Positions 10,175 to 21,738 are shown, numbered from the stretch's first letter. The stretch: DNA of 64,000 nucleotides from Candidatus Hermodarchaeota archaeon (GCA_048885925.1 JBHLLG010000011.1:9062-73061), one strand, 5' to 3'. Notes: generated by a model from the sequence alone, not told the origin. Numbers and translations are program-made.

Positions 10175-11374
10175 TTAATAGAAATTATGTAATTTAGCGT
10201 TAAGAGTGAATAGATTTAAGAACATATTTGCATAATTCCTTGGGAATTCTCTATTCTTATATAGATTTGATCTGAATCTTATTCTTTTATTTAATAGGAA
10301 GACGTCTACAACTGCAAGATCATTTGGATAACCGGATTGAGTGGATCTTTTAATCTTTACGACCTCATCCCATGAAAAATAGGATTTTTTACCAAAAAAG
10401 CGGTAATATACTCCCGAAGTGCTAATCACTAAAAATCTCCTTAAAACTAGAAAGAAAGGTGAACCAACAAAATACCAAATTAATAAAAAATATAGATATT
10501 CACTTATATTAAATAATCCATAGAAAGGATTTAAGAGAGAGATTATTATAACGGGGATAGACCAAATAACTAACAACAGGAGCCATATTCCAATATCAAA
10601 TCCACCTTTCAATACAAATATTTTCTTTTTTAAGAAATCATTTTGAAGCTGTATATTTGTCGTATAATTACCAAAATTATAGTTTTTTTTCTTGTACTCC
10701 TCTAAAGTAGCTTTTAATTGGTCCTTCCATGTGTCAATAATTACTATATCCGAGTCTATAGCATTATTAACTGCTTGTGGTTGCCAATTAAATATTCCTG
10801 TCTTTCTATAATCATAATAGGCAAAAAAGATATACATCAATAATGTGGCTTTACTTACAAATGATTTATTCTGCGAAATTTCTTTACATGAAAAATTGCT
10901 TGCTTCTATTTTAAGATTATCTCCGTTAGACATAGAAAGATATATTTTATTAAGAAAATAATTCATTTGAATCTCTTCCCAGTTATATCCTCTAATTCGT
11001 TGAGTTCGCATTTTATATGCAATTCCTTCGGGACCTACAATAATATAGCGTGATCTTTTGTACCACAATCCAAGACCAAAAAATATACCGCAAGGAATAC
11101 TTGAAATCTCCAGAAAAATGAGAATAAAGGATAAAAATGAATATGTTTCGAAAGTTATAAATGAAATCTGCGTGCTCAAAACGAATGAGTATGGTAATAC
11201 GATGAACCCAATTAAAAAAAATGGGGTAGTGTTTACATGACCACCAATAAAGACAATCCTTCTCCCTTTTTCTATAGATTCTCTGAGAGTATGGAGAGAT
11301 GTAATGCTATTGTATTCATAATTTCCATTTTTAAACTGTTTATATCTGGAAACATATTCATCTAGATTTTTCAT
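10175..11374 (-). CDS. Membrane protein with two tandem (2 TM plus PH-like) units
   Basis: Internal duplication: YKQFKNGNY/EYKKKNY, IIVGPEGIAY/LVISTSGVYY, YNWEEI/FSWDEV. Confidence 0.7.
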   Translation of the reverse strand: MKNLDEYVSRYKQFKNGNYEYNSITSLHTLRESIEKGRRIVFIGGHVNTTPFFLIGFIVLPYSFVLSTQISFITFETYSFLSFILIFLEISSIPCGIFFGLGLWYKRSRYIIVGPEGIAYKMRTQRIRGYNWEEIQMNYFLNKIYLSMSNGDNLKIEASNFSCKEISQNKSFVSKATLLMYIFFAYYDYRKTGIFNWQPQAVNNAIDSDIVIIDTWKDQLKATLEEYKKKNYNFGNYTTNIQLQNDFLKKKIFVLKGGFDIGIWLLLLVIWSIPVIIISLLNPFYGLFNISEYLYFLLIWYFVGSPFFLVLRRFLVISTSGVYYRFFGKKSYFSWDEVVKIKRSTQSGYPNDLAVVDVFLLNKRIRFRSNLYKNREFPRNYANMFLNLFTLNAKLHNFY

Positions 11375-11607
11375 TATTTCGACATATTTTACAAGAAATT
11401 TTAATTTATAAAAATTTACTTATTGGGTAATTTATCTTGAATTTATGAATAGAAAAGAAAAAAAATTTAATTAGATCCTTACCAATGCTTATTAGGATAA
11501 TAAAAATTGGTATTACTAAGCTAATTATGTTATAAATTACTACTTTTATATTCATGCTATCTAACTCCAAATTTCTGCTAAAATTAAAAAAATAAAAAAA
11601 AGAGAAT

Positions 11608-12948
11608 TTAGAATTTAGTTTTCCTTTTAGAGATAAATCTCCCTATAAATCCAATTATTATAAAACTAACAAGAATAGAAAAACCAATAATATAACTTAT
11701 GTAATCTGGTGGTTCTGGTGGTTCTGGTTCAACGTCCTTAATTACAATTAAGTCTTTACATGCGACATTTCCTTTACCATCTCTAACATAGAATATGATT
11801 GTGATAAGACCTTTTTCCAGATTATTCCATGCCTCTTGGTTAATTACATCAATACCATCAGCAGAAATATACTCGCCATAAGAATCCGTCCCTGTTTTGA
11901 AATTTATTAAACTAAAAGTATAATTGGTTATTCCATTATCTAATGTATACCATTGAGAAACAATACCCGAACTTAATCTTTCTACAATATAAAGATTAAA
12001 AGCTGGTGACGTTGTATTGAATATCTGATTTTCTTGAGGCTCTCTGATATGGATAGAAGGCGGTACAAAATCATCAAATATTAATGTATTATTTTCGATT
12101 ATATTACCCTCGCAATAATGACCATTCACGCCCATTTCTTTAATGCTATATTGATAATAATGAACTATATTGTCAGTAATGTTATTGAAGTCAGATATCT
12201 CAAGTTCCATGCCCGTTTCAGAATGATCTATAAGATTTCCTTTTATAATATTATAATTACTATGATCTCGTAGATATATTCCCGTGCGACCGTAATTACC
12301 TATTAAACTATTATTTATAATCTGATTATTATCTGATCTCCATATACTTATTCCGCAATCTGTATTAATTCCGATATTATTCTCTTGAATTATAATATTT
12401 TCGCAATATGCTCCTACATAAATCCCATAATCACCATTATTAAAACATGTATTATTTTTAACAATAATATTATTAGAGTAATACCATATTTCAATTCCAT
12501 TATTCTGAACATTATCATAACAGATATTATTAATTATTAAACCATTTGAGGAGTTCCTTACCCATATTCCATTTCCGCCATAACCAACTATCCAACTACC
12601 ATCTTCTTTCTTAATAGGCATCCTACCTGCTCCATGAAATATACAATCCTTTATAATAAAAAACACGTTTGAACCGTCAATTTTTAAACAATGTTCTAAC
12701 CCGTTAGTGAAATAATCGTAATCCGTATGTTCAATCTCTATATTTTCGATAATATACGGATTATTTACTGTTCCATTACCACTACACCATGATTGAGATA
12801 TGGATAAATTATACCATCCTAAATTTCCATTGATAACGAATGGATCTACTTCAATTAATCCGTTCTCGGCTCTAATCGGCTGTATAAACAAAATCATACT
12901 AAAAACTATAAGCCCTAATACTAAAATTGTTTTTCTTTTCATTTTCAC
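11608..12948 (-). CDS. NosD/CASH right-handed beta-helix surface protein
   Basis: Signal peptide, WCSGNGTVNNPYIIENI, Asn-rich GI repeats, C-terminal TM. Confidence 0.8.
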   Translation of the reverse strand: MKMKRKTILVLGLIVFSMILFIQPIRAENGLIEVDPFVINGNLGWYNLSISQSWCSGNGTVNNPYIIENIEIEHTDYDYFTNGLEHCLKIDGSNVFFIIKDCIFHGAGRMPIKKEDGSWIVGYGGNGIWVRNSSNGLIINNICYDNVQNNGIEIWYYSNNIIVKNNTCFNNGDYGIYVGAYCENIIIQENNIGINTDCGISIWRSDNNQIINNSLIGNYGRTGIYLRDHSNYNIIKGNLIDHSETGMELEISDFNNITDNIVHYYQYSIKEMGVNGHYCEGNIIENNTLIFDDFVPPSIHIREPQENQIFNTTSPAFNLYIVERLSSGIVSQWYTLDNGITNYTFSLINFKTGTDSYGEYISADGIDVINQEAWNNLEKGLITIIFYVRDGKGNVACKDLIVIKDVEPEPPEPPDYISYIIGFSILVSFIIIGFIGRFISKRKTKF

Positions 12949-13211
12949 ACTCGCATATTAATAATATAAATTTTCTTATTTTCTAGAAATTCTGATTAAT
13001 TATAATTTCTGCAAGAATTTCAAATGTCTTCTCTACATTTAACGCAATTTTTTTTTGTAATAGGAATTTATTACCTACTTTTATAAGACATTTTACCTAA
13101 TATGTATTATTTTTTTATTAAATTAAAAAAAGAAGATAATCAGGATTTATACTTTCTATTTATGAAGTTTTTTCCTGATAGATTGAATATTCTTTTATCT
13201 CAGGGTTAAAA

Positions 13212-14279
13212 TCAAGAATTTTCTCTAATAATTTTCTTAAAGTTATAACATTCAAGTTTACCATCAGGCGAGATTAGTTGGATTCTATTTCCATCTGGTT
13301 GTTCTTCAAAATCCAGTGGAACCCTAAATGACCAAGAAGGAAATACTCTTCTTTCTACGAGAGCACTACGTTCAGCTTCCTTTTTATTCTGCTCGTTTGA
13401 CCAATCTTTAATTTGCGAAATGGCTTCATCTTCATTACCTGCAAATGCAATATCCACTTTTCCTGTAGACATAGCTTTCCTCATTGCCCATCCAGCTTTT
13501 TCCGTGTTGCCCATCTTATTGTATACATCATGGAGATCCATCCATGCTTTAACGATACTAGAATCAAGTTTTAAGCCTTCTTGAATAGCATTCGCAGCTT
13601 GTTTTAATTTTCCAACTTCTGAGAGTGTAGTACCATAATGAAACCAATACGGAGGAACTTTTGAATTCAGTTTCAATGCTTTCTCAAATGCTTTTAATGC
13701 TTTTTTTAAATCACCGCTATTCTTATAGGTAATTCCAAGTTCAGCCCAGGCTTCAGCAAAATTAGGATCAATCGTTAAAGCCTGTTCATATGCTTTTATC
13801 GCTTCCTTGTATTGTCTATTTTCTTCCAATGCAGAAGCTAATTATCTCCATCCATCTAAACGATTTGGGTCAAGCTTCACACACTTCTGAAATACGTCAA
13901 TTGCGGGAATATAATCACCTTTTCCAATATATGCCATTCCAAGGGAGTACCATGGACTAGGATTATTTGCATCTAAATCGATAGCTTTTTTACTTGTCTC
14001 AATAGAGAGATCAAACTGGTTAGTCTCCATATACATATGCCCTAAATTTGTCCACACTAAGGAATTCTTAGGATTTTTCTCTATGCACTTTTTACATGTG
14101 TCGATAGCCATATCTAGCCGTCCTATAGAGCGGTAGATAGCCCCTAGAAGCATCCATGCTCCCACAAACTGTGGTTCTTCATTTATTTTCTTTTCAAGTA
14201 ATTCGAAGGCTTGATTTGTTTGCCCCGTAGACATCAATTGTTGTATTTTTTTTTGCAATTCTAATTCTTTAAAACTCAT
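13212..14279 (-). pseudogene. TPR-repeat protein interrupted by an in-frame TAA at 13842-13844
   Basis: Two TPR ORFs in the same frame: ...LDPNRLDGWR*LASALEENRQY... Confidence 0.7.
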
Positions 14280-14390
14280 ATTATTGTCTTTTAGTAGTTA
14301 TTAATAATTTGAATTAAATCAATTTTATAAAAATTTATATTTCCCTTCTAATCTCGTAAATTTTCGTATACTATACATAATCATGATTGA

Positions 14391-15155
14391 TTATGTTTCA
14401 TTATTCTTTAGGTCTCTGAGTTGAGATATGGCATGCTCACCATAGTTAATAACCAATTCAAGGAATTCTCGATATCCTGTTGCTGATGCAATATTTTCTG
14501 GTATACTTTCCTTCAACTCAGGATTATTAGTAAATCTCATGGTAATTGGCAATATTTGTCGTCTCTTACTAAATATAAACCTATAGGAAGTGAATTCTTC
14601 CATTAACTCACTAAAATGATCATATTTTTTAATAAGAGCAATAAATTTTTTCTTATTATCATCTGTTAACTCTTTGAACCAGTTAGGAAGATAAAGTGGT
14701 TCACAATATTTAAGTAGTGGATCTAACTTTTCAGTAATTTGGTTTATAAAATATCTCTCATACCATGTGTCTAAAAAAGCTTCTTGGAATTGATCCCAGG
14801 TAACCAACTCTAAATTTGTAAACTCTGATGCTTTAAATGCACCTGTTTGAAATCCAACCATACTGATAATATAACCGATATTCGCACCAATATCTGTCAA
14901 TACTGTTCTGAAACTATGAATTATTTGTTGAGGAACTCTATTTTGCCAATATTTACACTCACATATTATGATATATTTCCTTCTATCAATTATTTCTTCA
15001 GCATAAACGTCAATTTCAACTTCACCTCTTACATGTTTAATTACCTTCTCTATCTCAACAGAGAATCCACATTCTTCTAATATTTTTGCTACTTCATTTT
15101 GAAGTTCTTGCCAGTTTTTAGGTTCTTTAGATGTAATCATATGATATTTACTCAA
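14391..15155 (-). CDS. Restriction endonuclease (Mrr_cat-like PD-(D/E)xK)
   Basis: EIDVYAEE...ICECKYW; GYIISMVGFQTGA. Confidence 0.75.
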   Translation of the reverse strand: MSKYHMITSKEPKNWQELQNEVAKILEECGFSVEIEKVIKHVRGEVEIDVYAEEIIDRRKYIIICECKYWQNRVPQQIIHSFRTVLTDIGANIGYIISMVGFQTGAFKASEFTNLELVTWDQFQEAFLDTWYERYFINQITEKLDPLLKYCEPLYLPNWFKELTDDNKKKFIALIKKYDHFSELMEEFTSYRFIFSKRRQILPITMRFTNNPELKESIPENIASATGYREFLELVINYGEHAISQLRDLKNNET

Positions 15156-15437
15156 ATGTTTTTAATATTTTAATTTCAATATGGTTAATCTATTGCTTTT
15201 TCTTGCCATAATTCATTAAATGAATATTAGACTAATAATTTGCATTTATTCTCTCCTGAAAAAAAGGCATTCATGAAAAACCAAGAAATCATCTTGCAGA
15301 GGGAAGACACATAGGGATTATTTATGGGATTTATCAAATTTTTATTTGATTAACAAATTAAATTTATTCTATATCAACGTTTTTTCTTTTAATTTTATCT
15401 TTTATTAGTAAATTAGAAAAATTAGCTTCTTAAAGTA

Positions 15438-16712
15438 TTATGTAACGTCGATTGATTCCCCACACTTAGGACAAACGATCTTCTTCTTTTTAGGATCTAT
15501 ATATCGCACCACAGTGTTACATTTTCGGCAAAACGTTCCTTTAGATCCCTTATCATATTTATTTCCTATGCAAATATTAACTCGGTCTAGTTCCACATAT
15601 TCAGGAGCACTTTCCTTCATGAATCTTGTAGCAAACTCATCAGGACCATTACCCATAAGAAAATCCATTTCTTCCCGATAAATTGGCATAACTTGAAGAA
15701 AATATACTGGTTTACGTCCAATTAGCAATTCACAGAAAGTGGGAGACAATTCTTTATAAGGAAACTTAAACAAAAATGCACATAATTTAGTATTGTTAGC
15801 AAAAGGTACCGGAGGATGCCCGTTTCCAAAAGTATGCCCTATTGAGAACCATTGCCGATTTCCATGTACGTATTTAACCAATCTAAATAATTTATCGATT
15901 ACCCAGTAATATTTATCTTTTTTTACTGATTTTAGAGGTAAAGGCCAATCTGGTGATAACAACATAAACAATTCAGCACAGGTAGGTTCTGCCATTGAAG
16001 GTGCCATCATTGGATATGCACTCATACCAGAGGTAACCAACACCCCATACTTTCTGTGATCATCAGGAGGAACAATATGCAACTTTATGGGAATCTGAGG
16101 AATTTCATTATCGGTCAAAGTGTTATTAATCTTTCCAATATTGGCCTCTATATGTGTTGTAATAAATTGGGTTTCTATTTGAGATATTTTTATTTGTAAG
16201 GGATTAGCTTTTTTAAGAGCTTTTTCACGAGATATTTTACCATCGTTCATCTGTTTCACAATATCATCTTTCTGTTTTGATATTTTCAGCAATTCTGCAA
16301 GTATGGGATCAGTTTGATAAACGTTTTCCTGACCAAAGTATTCATACTTTCTGCCTTCCATCATTCTTTGGTACGATTGTAAAGAGACTAATATTGAATT
16401 TTGAGGATCATGGAATGTATGTTTATTCACATCAATTCGCTCATAAATTGTTGCCTCCGGAGCGTGAGATACTTTAAACCTAATAAACTCTCGAAATGCG
16501 CTCTTTATCGAATCTACACTTAATGCTTTTTTATTTGGAAGATCGTCAATTAAATCCGGATATGTGTAGGGAGCAAATTTAGACACAATACAATTATTTC
16601 CCTCCTTACCTTCTTTATCATCGAAGATATCGAAGTCTCTCGGATCTCCATATACACGTCTTTTTTCAAACTCTATTGCTAATTGATCGAAATCATTATA
16701 GTCGATCAACAT
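15438..16712 (-). CDS. Suppressor-of-fused (SUFU)-domain protein with C-terminal zinc ribbon
   Basis: LVTSGMS, ELFMLL, GHTF, FLQVMPIYREE; CRKC...CPKCG. Confidence 0.75.
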   Translation of the reverse strand: MLIDYNDFDQLAIEFEKRRVYGDPRDFDIFDDKEGKEGNNCIVSKFAPYTYPDLIDDLPNKKALSVDSIKSAFREFIRFKVSHAPEATIYERIDVNKHTFHDPQNSILVSLQSYQRMMEGRKYEYFGQENVYQTDPILAELLKISKQKDDIVKQMNDGKISREKALKKANPLQIKISQIETQFITTHIEANIGKINNTLTDNEIPQIPIKLHIVPPDDHRKYGVLVTSGMSAYPMMAPSMAEPTCAELFMLLSPDWPLPLKSVKKDKYYWVIDKLFRLVKYVHGNRQWFSIGHTFGNGHPPVPFANNTKLCAFLFKFPYKELSPTFCELLIGRKPVYFLQVMPIYREEMDFLMGNGPDEFATRFMKESAPEYVELDRVNICIGNKYDKGSKGTFCRKCNTVVRYIDPKKKKIVCPKCGESIDVT

Positions 16713-16960
16713 AATTTTTGTCTTTTTTATTTTTATTAAATTTCAATTAATTTTAAAACATAAAAACATTGTGAAAAAAGTTATGTTACTATACCTATAG
16801 TATATCTGTATATTATGGAGATAGGGTATTATACTGAAGATAAAGAAGTCGCAATTAGAGAAGGATTTGCGTGCTTAGATGAAGATGGAAGAGAACTTCT
16901 TGAACTTCGCTCAGGCGATCATGTATTCATCTAATTTAAGAAAATAATGGAGAATGAAAA

Positions 16961-17362
16961 ATGGCAGGATTAGACAGAATGTATGATACTCGTGGAGATA
17001 TTGAGTATTATATTGCGCACAAAATTAGGGAATTATTGGAAGAACCAATGAATGAACTACAAGATCCAAACTGGGTACAAGCGGCTACACTCTTTGAACA
17101 ATTGATATTACCCTTAGATATCTATATAGTGGAGGGGTTGCTTAATTTGGCAAATGATATTGTTAAAAAGGCAGAGGAGCATAATAATCGAGTGGTCTAT
17201 AAAGATATTTCCCCAAGGCTGTATAATCAAGTGGTAATCGATTCACCTTCTCTTGATATAAATAATTTGCCTGTGGGTGTTAATATCATAGACTATAATC
17301 ATATCATTGATAATATTAAGAAATGGATAGAGCACCAAAAAGAGCTAAAAGAAAGCCTATAA
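16961..17362 (+). CDS. Hypothetical protein
   Basis: ORF 133 aa with SD GGAG. Confidence 0.6.
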   Translation: MAGLDRMYDTRGDIEYYIAHKIRELLEEPMNELQDPNWVQAATLFEQLILPLDIYIVEGLLNLANDIVKKAEEHNNRVVYKDISPRLYNQVVIDSPSLDINNLPVGVNIIDYNHIIDNIKKWIEHQKELKESL

Positions 17363-17651
17363 AATGTAACTTAATAATTTAAAGATATTACAAATTTCTA
17401 ATTTTTCAAACTTGTGTACTTTAAATATGTTACTAGATACATATAGCAATAAAGTTGAATCTCTAATTCATGAAAGTGGAGTTGATCTCGAAAAAATCAA
17501 AAGAGAATTAAACTCATTTCCAAAATCCATCCCACCACCAGTATATAAAAGTCTCTTTATATACCCAAACCAATGTGGAACTCTTGATCCTTGTTTATGA
17601 AGATTCTAATCGCTTGTGGTGAGCAATTATTTCTTAAACATCAAGAGTTCC

Positions 17652-17861
17652 TCATCCTTTTTTCTTATCGAATGTAAATTTTAAGGCTTTTTGATTAGGT
17701 TCCATAAGTTTCCAAGATTCCTCTGTCTTTCTTTTAAATCGGATAGCCATTTTTTTCTCATAACAATAGCGACAATTGTTTGAGCATCCGAAATAACAGT
17801 TAACATTACTATCTGCCCATTCTTTTGTTCCTAAAGTAATTTTTCGAGATTTGATTTTCAT
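17652..17861 (-). pseudogene. Truncated radical SAM protein
   Basis: GCSNNCRYCY motif but only 69 aa; SD AGGTGA. Confidence 0.6.
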
Positions 17862-18056
17862 CTATTTAATTGATCACCTATTAATATAAAGAAAAAACAT
17901 AAAATAATAACTAGAGTCTAATTCTTTTTTATTTTATTATAAAATAGTCATAATAGTATAAAAAATGCAGATTTTTTTTGGGATAAGATTAAATTTCCAC
18001 AAACCATAATATAGAAGTAGCGAAAAATAAAAAAAAACAAAAAAAAGGGAAAAAAA

Positions 18057-18290
18057 ATGGAATATAAAGTATTAAGAATCTTAGTAATAATTTCAATGAT
18101 TTTTGGAGTTATTATGTTTTCTGTTTTTTTGGGTTTAATGGCTGGAGATTATCAAGGATACTATGCGCGTTCTGATGTACTTTTAATTATTATTTTTTAT
18201 TCTTGTGCGCTTTTTTCGTTATTTGCTTTTGATGTGTGTCCATTATTATATTTAAGAAAGAAAAATAAACAACAACAAAAAGTAATTTAA
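18057..18290 (+). CDS. Small 2-TM membrane protein
   Basis: Two hydrophobic segments and a basic tail. Confidence 0.5.
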   Translation: MEYKVLRILVIISMIFGVIMFSVFLGLMAGDYQGYYARSDVLLIIIFYSCALFSLFAFDVCPLLYLRKKNKQQQKVI

Positions 18291-18475
18291 AAAACCAAAA
18301 AGTTTTAACATCTAATATTTTTTATTTTTTTAATTTAGAGTCTGATTTTTTGGGTTTAAAATAAGCAATTTTAGAATAAAATTTTTTTTTGTAGTCTTAT
18401 AGACCATAAATGAAGTAGATTGATACTCCTAATAGCAAATATCCCTTTCCTTGATATTCTTTAAAAACTTCTGTT

Positions 18476-18994
18476 CTATGTGGAAGAATCTCGATATCTA
18501 TCGATAGCCTTTGTCCCTATTAGTGTTATAAACGCGCTCAGATAAATCCCAATTACACCAAAACCAGGATAATGTCCCCACCAAGAAAACGAAAAATAGT
18601 TCCATACTGATATAGTAATGATTAACAGAATGGATAATAAGTACCATGTACGCTTGACTTCTTTAAACTCTTCTTTCCCAATTCCATTCATGATAGCTAA
18701 AATAATAAGCATAATAGCACAAATCATTATTAAAATTGAACAAATTATTGAAAAGTATAAAATCCAACTATATAAACCTCCTATAGAAAACCAAGTTGGG
18801 TTGTACCCAACATTCTTATCGAGAACCAAACCCCAAATCCAAATATAAGTGTATTCTCCAGTGGGTTCATCGAGGCTGATGAACCATGCGGGTGTGGTAA
18901 GTGCTATTAAAGAAAGAACTCCACCAATAAAAGGAGCGACCCAAGAAAGATTTCTTTTTTTAGATTTCTTCTCTTTTTCAGAAATATTTTTCAC
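18476..18994 (-). CDS. 4-TM membrane protein
   Basis: Hydrophobic pattern; LIALTTPAW...WIWGL. Confidence 0.7.
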   Translation of the reverse strand: MKNISEKEKKSKKRNLSWVAPFIGGVLSLIALTTPAWFISLDEPTGEYTYIWIWGLVLDKNVGYNPTWFSIGGLYSWILYFSIICSILIMICAIMLIILAIMNGIGKEEFKEVKRTWYLLSILLIITISVWNYFSFSWWGHYPGFGVIGIYLSAFITLIGTKAIDRYRDSST

Positions 18995-19151
18995 CTTTCA
19001 TTAGATTTCTCAAGTTCAAAAAAAAATATTCGATTAATAGTCAATAAAAGGATATAATAATTCTTATACCTTTATGTAAAAAATTTAATATTATTTAAAA
19101 ATTTCTAAGGCTTCATGTTATGCATTGTACTTCCCTTTTAAATTAGGGGGC

Positions 19152-20645
19152 TCAAAAAAAGATTTCTTTCTTGACTTTTCCTTCAGTAAATTTTATCTCT
19201 TTTACACCCTCTTTCATGGCTTTTTTATTATAGAAAAACCCAATCACTATTATAACAATTGCAACGACGACAATGGGGATCACTATGGTTAATACAATTT
19301 CATGAGGATAAAGAGGGCATTTTTCTTGAGTACCTTGAATATCCTCAATATTATTACTAAAAGAGTTATTAGAGATATCATTACATTTAGATTCGTATAT
19401 CAGAATACCAATATTATTATTATTAATTATGTTCTCTTGAATAATATTGCTGTTGCTCTTGTTTAGAATTATTGCAATTTCATTGTAATTAAGGGTATTT
19501 TCTGAAATTTCATTTTTATTATTACTCTCTAAATATATCCCTAAAGAATTGTTTTTTATCTTATTTCCCGTAATAGTCATGCTATTGCTCTGACTTAGAT
19601 GAATTCCATTCCGATAATTGTAATTTGCTATATTTTCCCAAATTTTGTAAGCATCGCTCTGAAATAAATTGATTCCATCCCGATCGTTGTAATTTGCTAT
19701 ATTTCCCCAAATGTAGTTGTCATCGCTCTGAAATAGATTAATTCCATCCTGCTCATTGTAATTTACTATGTTATGTGATATTGTGTTTCCTTTACTTTCA
19801 TGAAAATCCCATAGCGATCCTCCATTATCAGAGATCATATTTCTATTGCTGGAAACTAAAATCCCATGAATTTTATTGTTATTTGCGGTGTTTTGTGATA
19901 TTTGATTTCTCCTGCTTCGAAAAATATGAATACCATAGTTATTATTGTTATTTGCGGTGTTTCCCGATACCTCATTATCCCTTCCACCCCATATGTAAAT
20001 ACCAATACCATTGAAACTTGCGTTGTTTACTGATATCTCATTATCATTATTATCAGTCCCAACACAACAGATACCAATATCATTATAACTTGCATTATTT
20101 CCCGAAATAATGTTTTTATTACTATAGGATAAAAATATCCCCTCCGAATTTTCATTAATAGCGTTTTCTAAAATAATATTATTATCACTATCCCATGAAT
20201 ATATACCATTAGAATTGAGAGTGCAATTGTTATCGACTAATATTCCATTTTCTACATGATGTAATTTAATTCCCACATCAGAATTAAATAAAATATTGTT
20301 CTCAATCTTAAAATAGACATTGGAATATTCAATTGTGATGCAATTTCCCGAACCTCCGCCATCAATTATTAAATCTTTTATGACATAAGGATCAGAATAA
20401 GTACCTGAACCCGTGCAATTTCCATCGTTTTTAAAATCTACCCACCCCGAATTATTGATGATATGAATTTTTCCTGATATCTTTGAGATTTTTAAATTTT
20501 TATTATCTAAATTAATCTCTGTGCTATATTCTGTACTTTTATAGCCATTTTTCCCATAAAAACTAAGATTATTGTTAATTAGGAGTGATAAAGCAAGCAA
20601 GATTCCTATCGTTATAGATAATGCTATTATTGAATTCGATTTCAA
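19152..20645 (-). CDS. NosD/CASH beta-helix surface protein
   Basis: CTGSGTYSDPYVIKDL; many NN-GI repeats; C-terminal TM. Confidence 0.8.
   Translation of the reverse strand: MKSNSIIALSITIGILLALSLLINNNLSFYGKNGYKSTEYSTEINLDNKNLKISKISGKIHIINNSGWVDFKNDGNCTGSGTYSDPYVIKDLIIDGGGSGNCITIEYSNVYFKIENNILFNSDVGIKLHHVENGILVDNNCTLNSNGIYSWDSDNNIILENAINENSEGIFLSYSNKNIISGNNASYNDIGICCVGTDNNDNEISVNNASFNGIGIYIWGGRDNEVSGNTANNNNNYGIHIFRSRRNQISQNTANNNKIHGILVSSNRNMISDNGGSLWDFHESKGNTISHNIVNYNEQDGINLFQSDDNYIWGNIANYNDRDGINLFQSDAYKIWENIANYNYRNGIHLSQSNSMTITGNKIKNNSLGIYLESNNKNEISENTLNYNEIAIILNKSNSNIIQENIINNNNIGILIYESKCNDISNNSFSNNIEDIQGTQEKCPLYPHEIVLTIVIPIVVVAIVIIVIGFFYNKKAMKEGVKEIKFTEGKVKKEIFF
19621..19749 (-). repeat. 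Intragenic 69-bp tandem duplication (one beta-helix turn)
   Basis: DGINLFQSD...IW.NIANYN occurs twice with near-identical DNA. Confidence 0.65.
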
Positions 20646-20910
20646 TTGATTTCATCTTGTAAACTTTATTGTACAATAATAGAATTGTTCCCTTATACAT
20701 AAAAAGATTGTGTCGTAAAATGGGGTCATATGACAAGAAAATAGTGGTAATTAATTAGAAATAGGGGTAAATTTGAACAAGAGTTTAAAGACTTTCTTTT
20801 TTAATTGAAAAAATTACCTAGCAAATACAAATTTTAAGGGAGAAATTTCACAGAAAAGTGGGACATTTTAAGACTTCACGCTTTCTTCTGCTTGTTTTTA
20901 ATAGTTTTAA

Positions 20911-21285
20911 GGAACTGGGAAGTCTTATGTTGGTAGAACTCAACGATTTCTAGGGACACCTACTTATCGTCCTTATTCTTCGATGTCTATTAGGTTTGAA
21001 GAGGAACTCGACATAGCATTTAATACTAAAAAAGCTGAATTAAGGAAGAAATATAATGAATTTTATCTAGATTCAATGGAGCTTGAGATAGTCGATATTC
21101 AATTACTTGGTAATAATTTTGATGATGATTCTATTAAGATAAAACAGTTAGAAGATTATTGGATTGATTATAGGCGAATCCAAGGGGAAAATTTATACAA
21201 TATAGCCGGAGGTGAATCTGGTGCGATATCAGCCTCTTCATCATCATCTAATATCTCGAAACTGCTTCTTCCCATAAGTTATTGA
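20911..21285 (+). pseudogene. GIY-YIG endonuclease remnant
   Basis: In-frame extension GTGKSYVGRTQRF upstream of the listed ORF; LEDYWI and YNIAGG motifs; start and GIY motif missing. Confidence 0.6.
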
Positions 21286-21533
21286 TATTTCTTTTGTTTT
21301 TATTATCCTATTTTATTATTGGAAATTCTCCTTTATATTTCAATATGGATAAGTTACTTTATGATTTTTTTTAAATATATATAAATATATATAATTGGAA
21401 TATAAATAAAGTCATCATTGTCCATGATATAGATCTTAGCATAAGATTTAAATATATTATTATATCTAGATATATAGATAAATATATTAATAATATAAAT
21501 TAAACCTAAATCAAATAAAAATAATTTCAAAAA

Positions 21534-21638
21534 ATGACTTTAAAAGAGTTATATGAAATTGTAATGACAATCATTGGACTTTCTGGTTTAGTTGCTCTAG
21601 CTGTTGTTATATTGGTTATTACAGGACTATTCGTTTAG
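21534..21638 (+). CDS. 34-aa single-TM microprotein
   Basis: MTLKELYEIVMTIIGLSGLVALAVVILVITGLFV*; coding-like island in very AT-rich DNA. Confidence 0.5.
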   Translation: MTLKELYEIVMTIIGLSGLVALAVVILVITGLFV

Positions 21639-21738
21639 ATTTTTTATTTGTAAAGATTTAGCTTATATATTATGAAATTTTTCTTTTTTAATATATATAA
21701 AATATTTATGAATCTTTAATAGATTTTAAGTTAAAAAA

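Noticed and set aside
17412-17600. 62-aa ORF
   Set aside because: TTG start, no motif or SD; cannot be supported.
17634-17861. TGA-GGA at the end of the radical SAM fragment as possible Sec
   Set aside because: TAA follows within six codons, the position is not a Cys site, and no SECIS follows.
21360-21530. Very AT-rich TA-repeat stretch as a replication origin
   Set aside because: No ORB boxes or cdc6/orc1 nearby; low complexity only.
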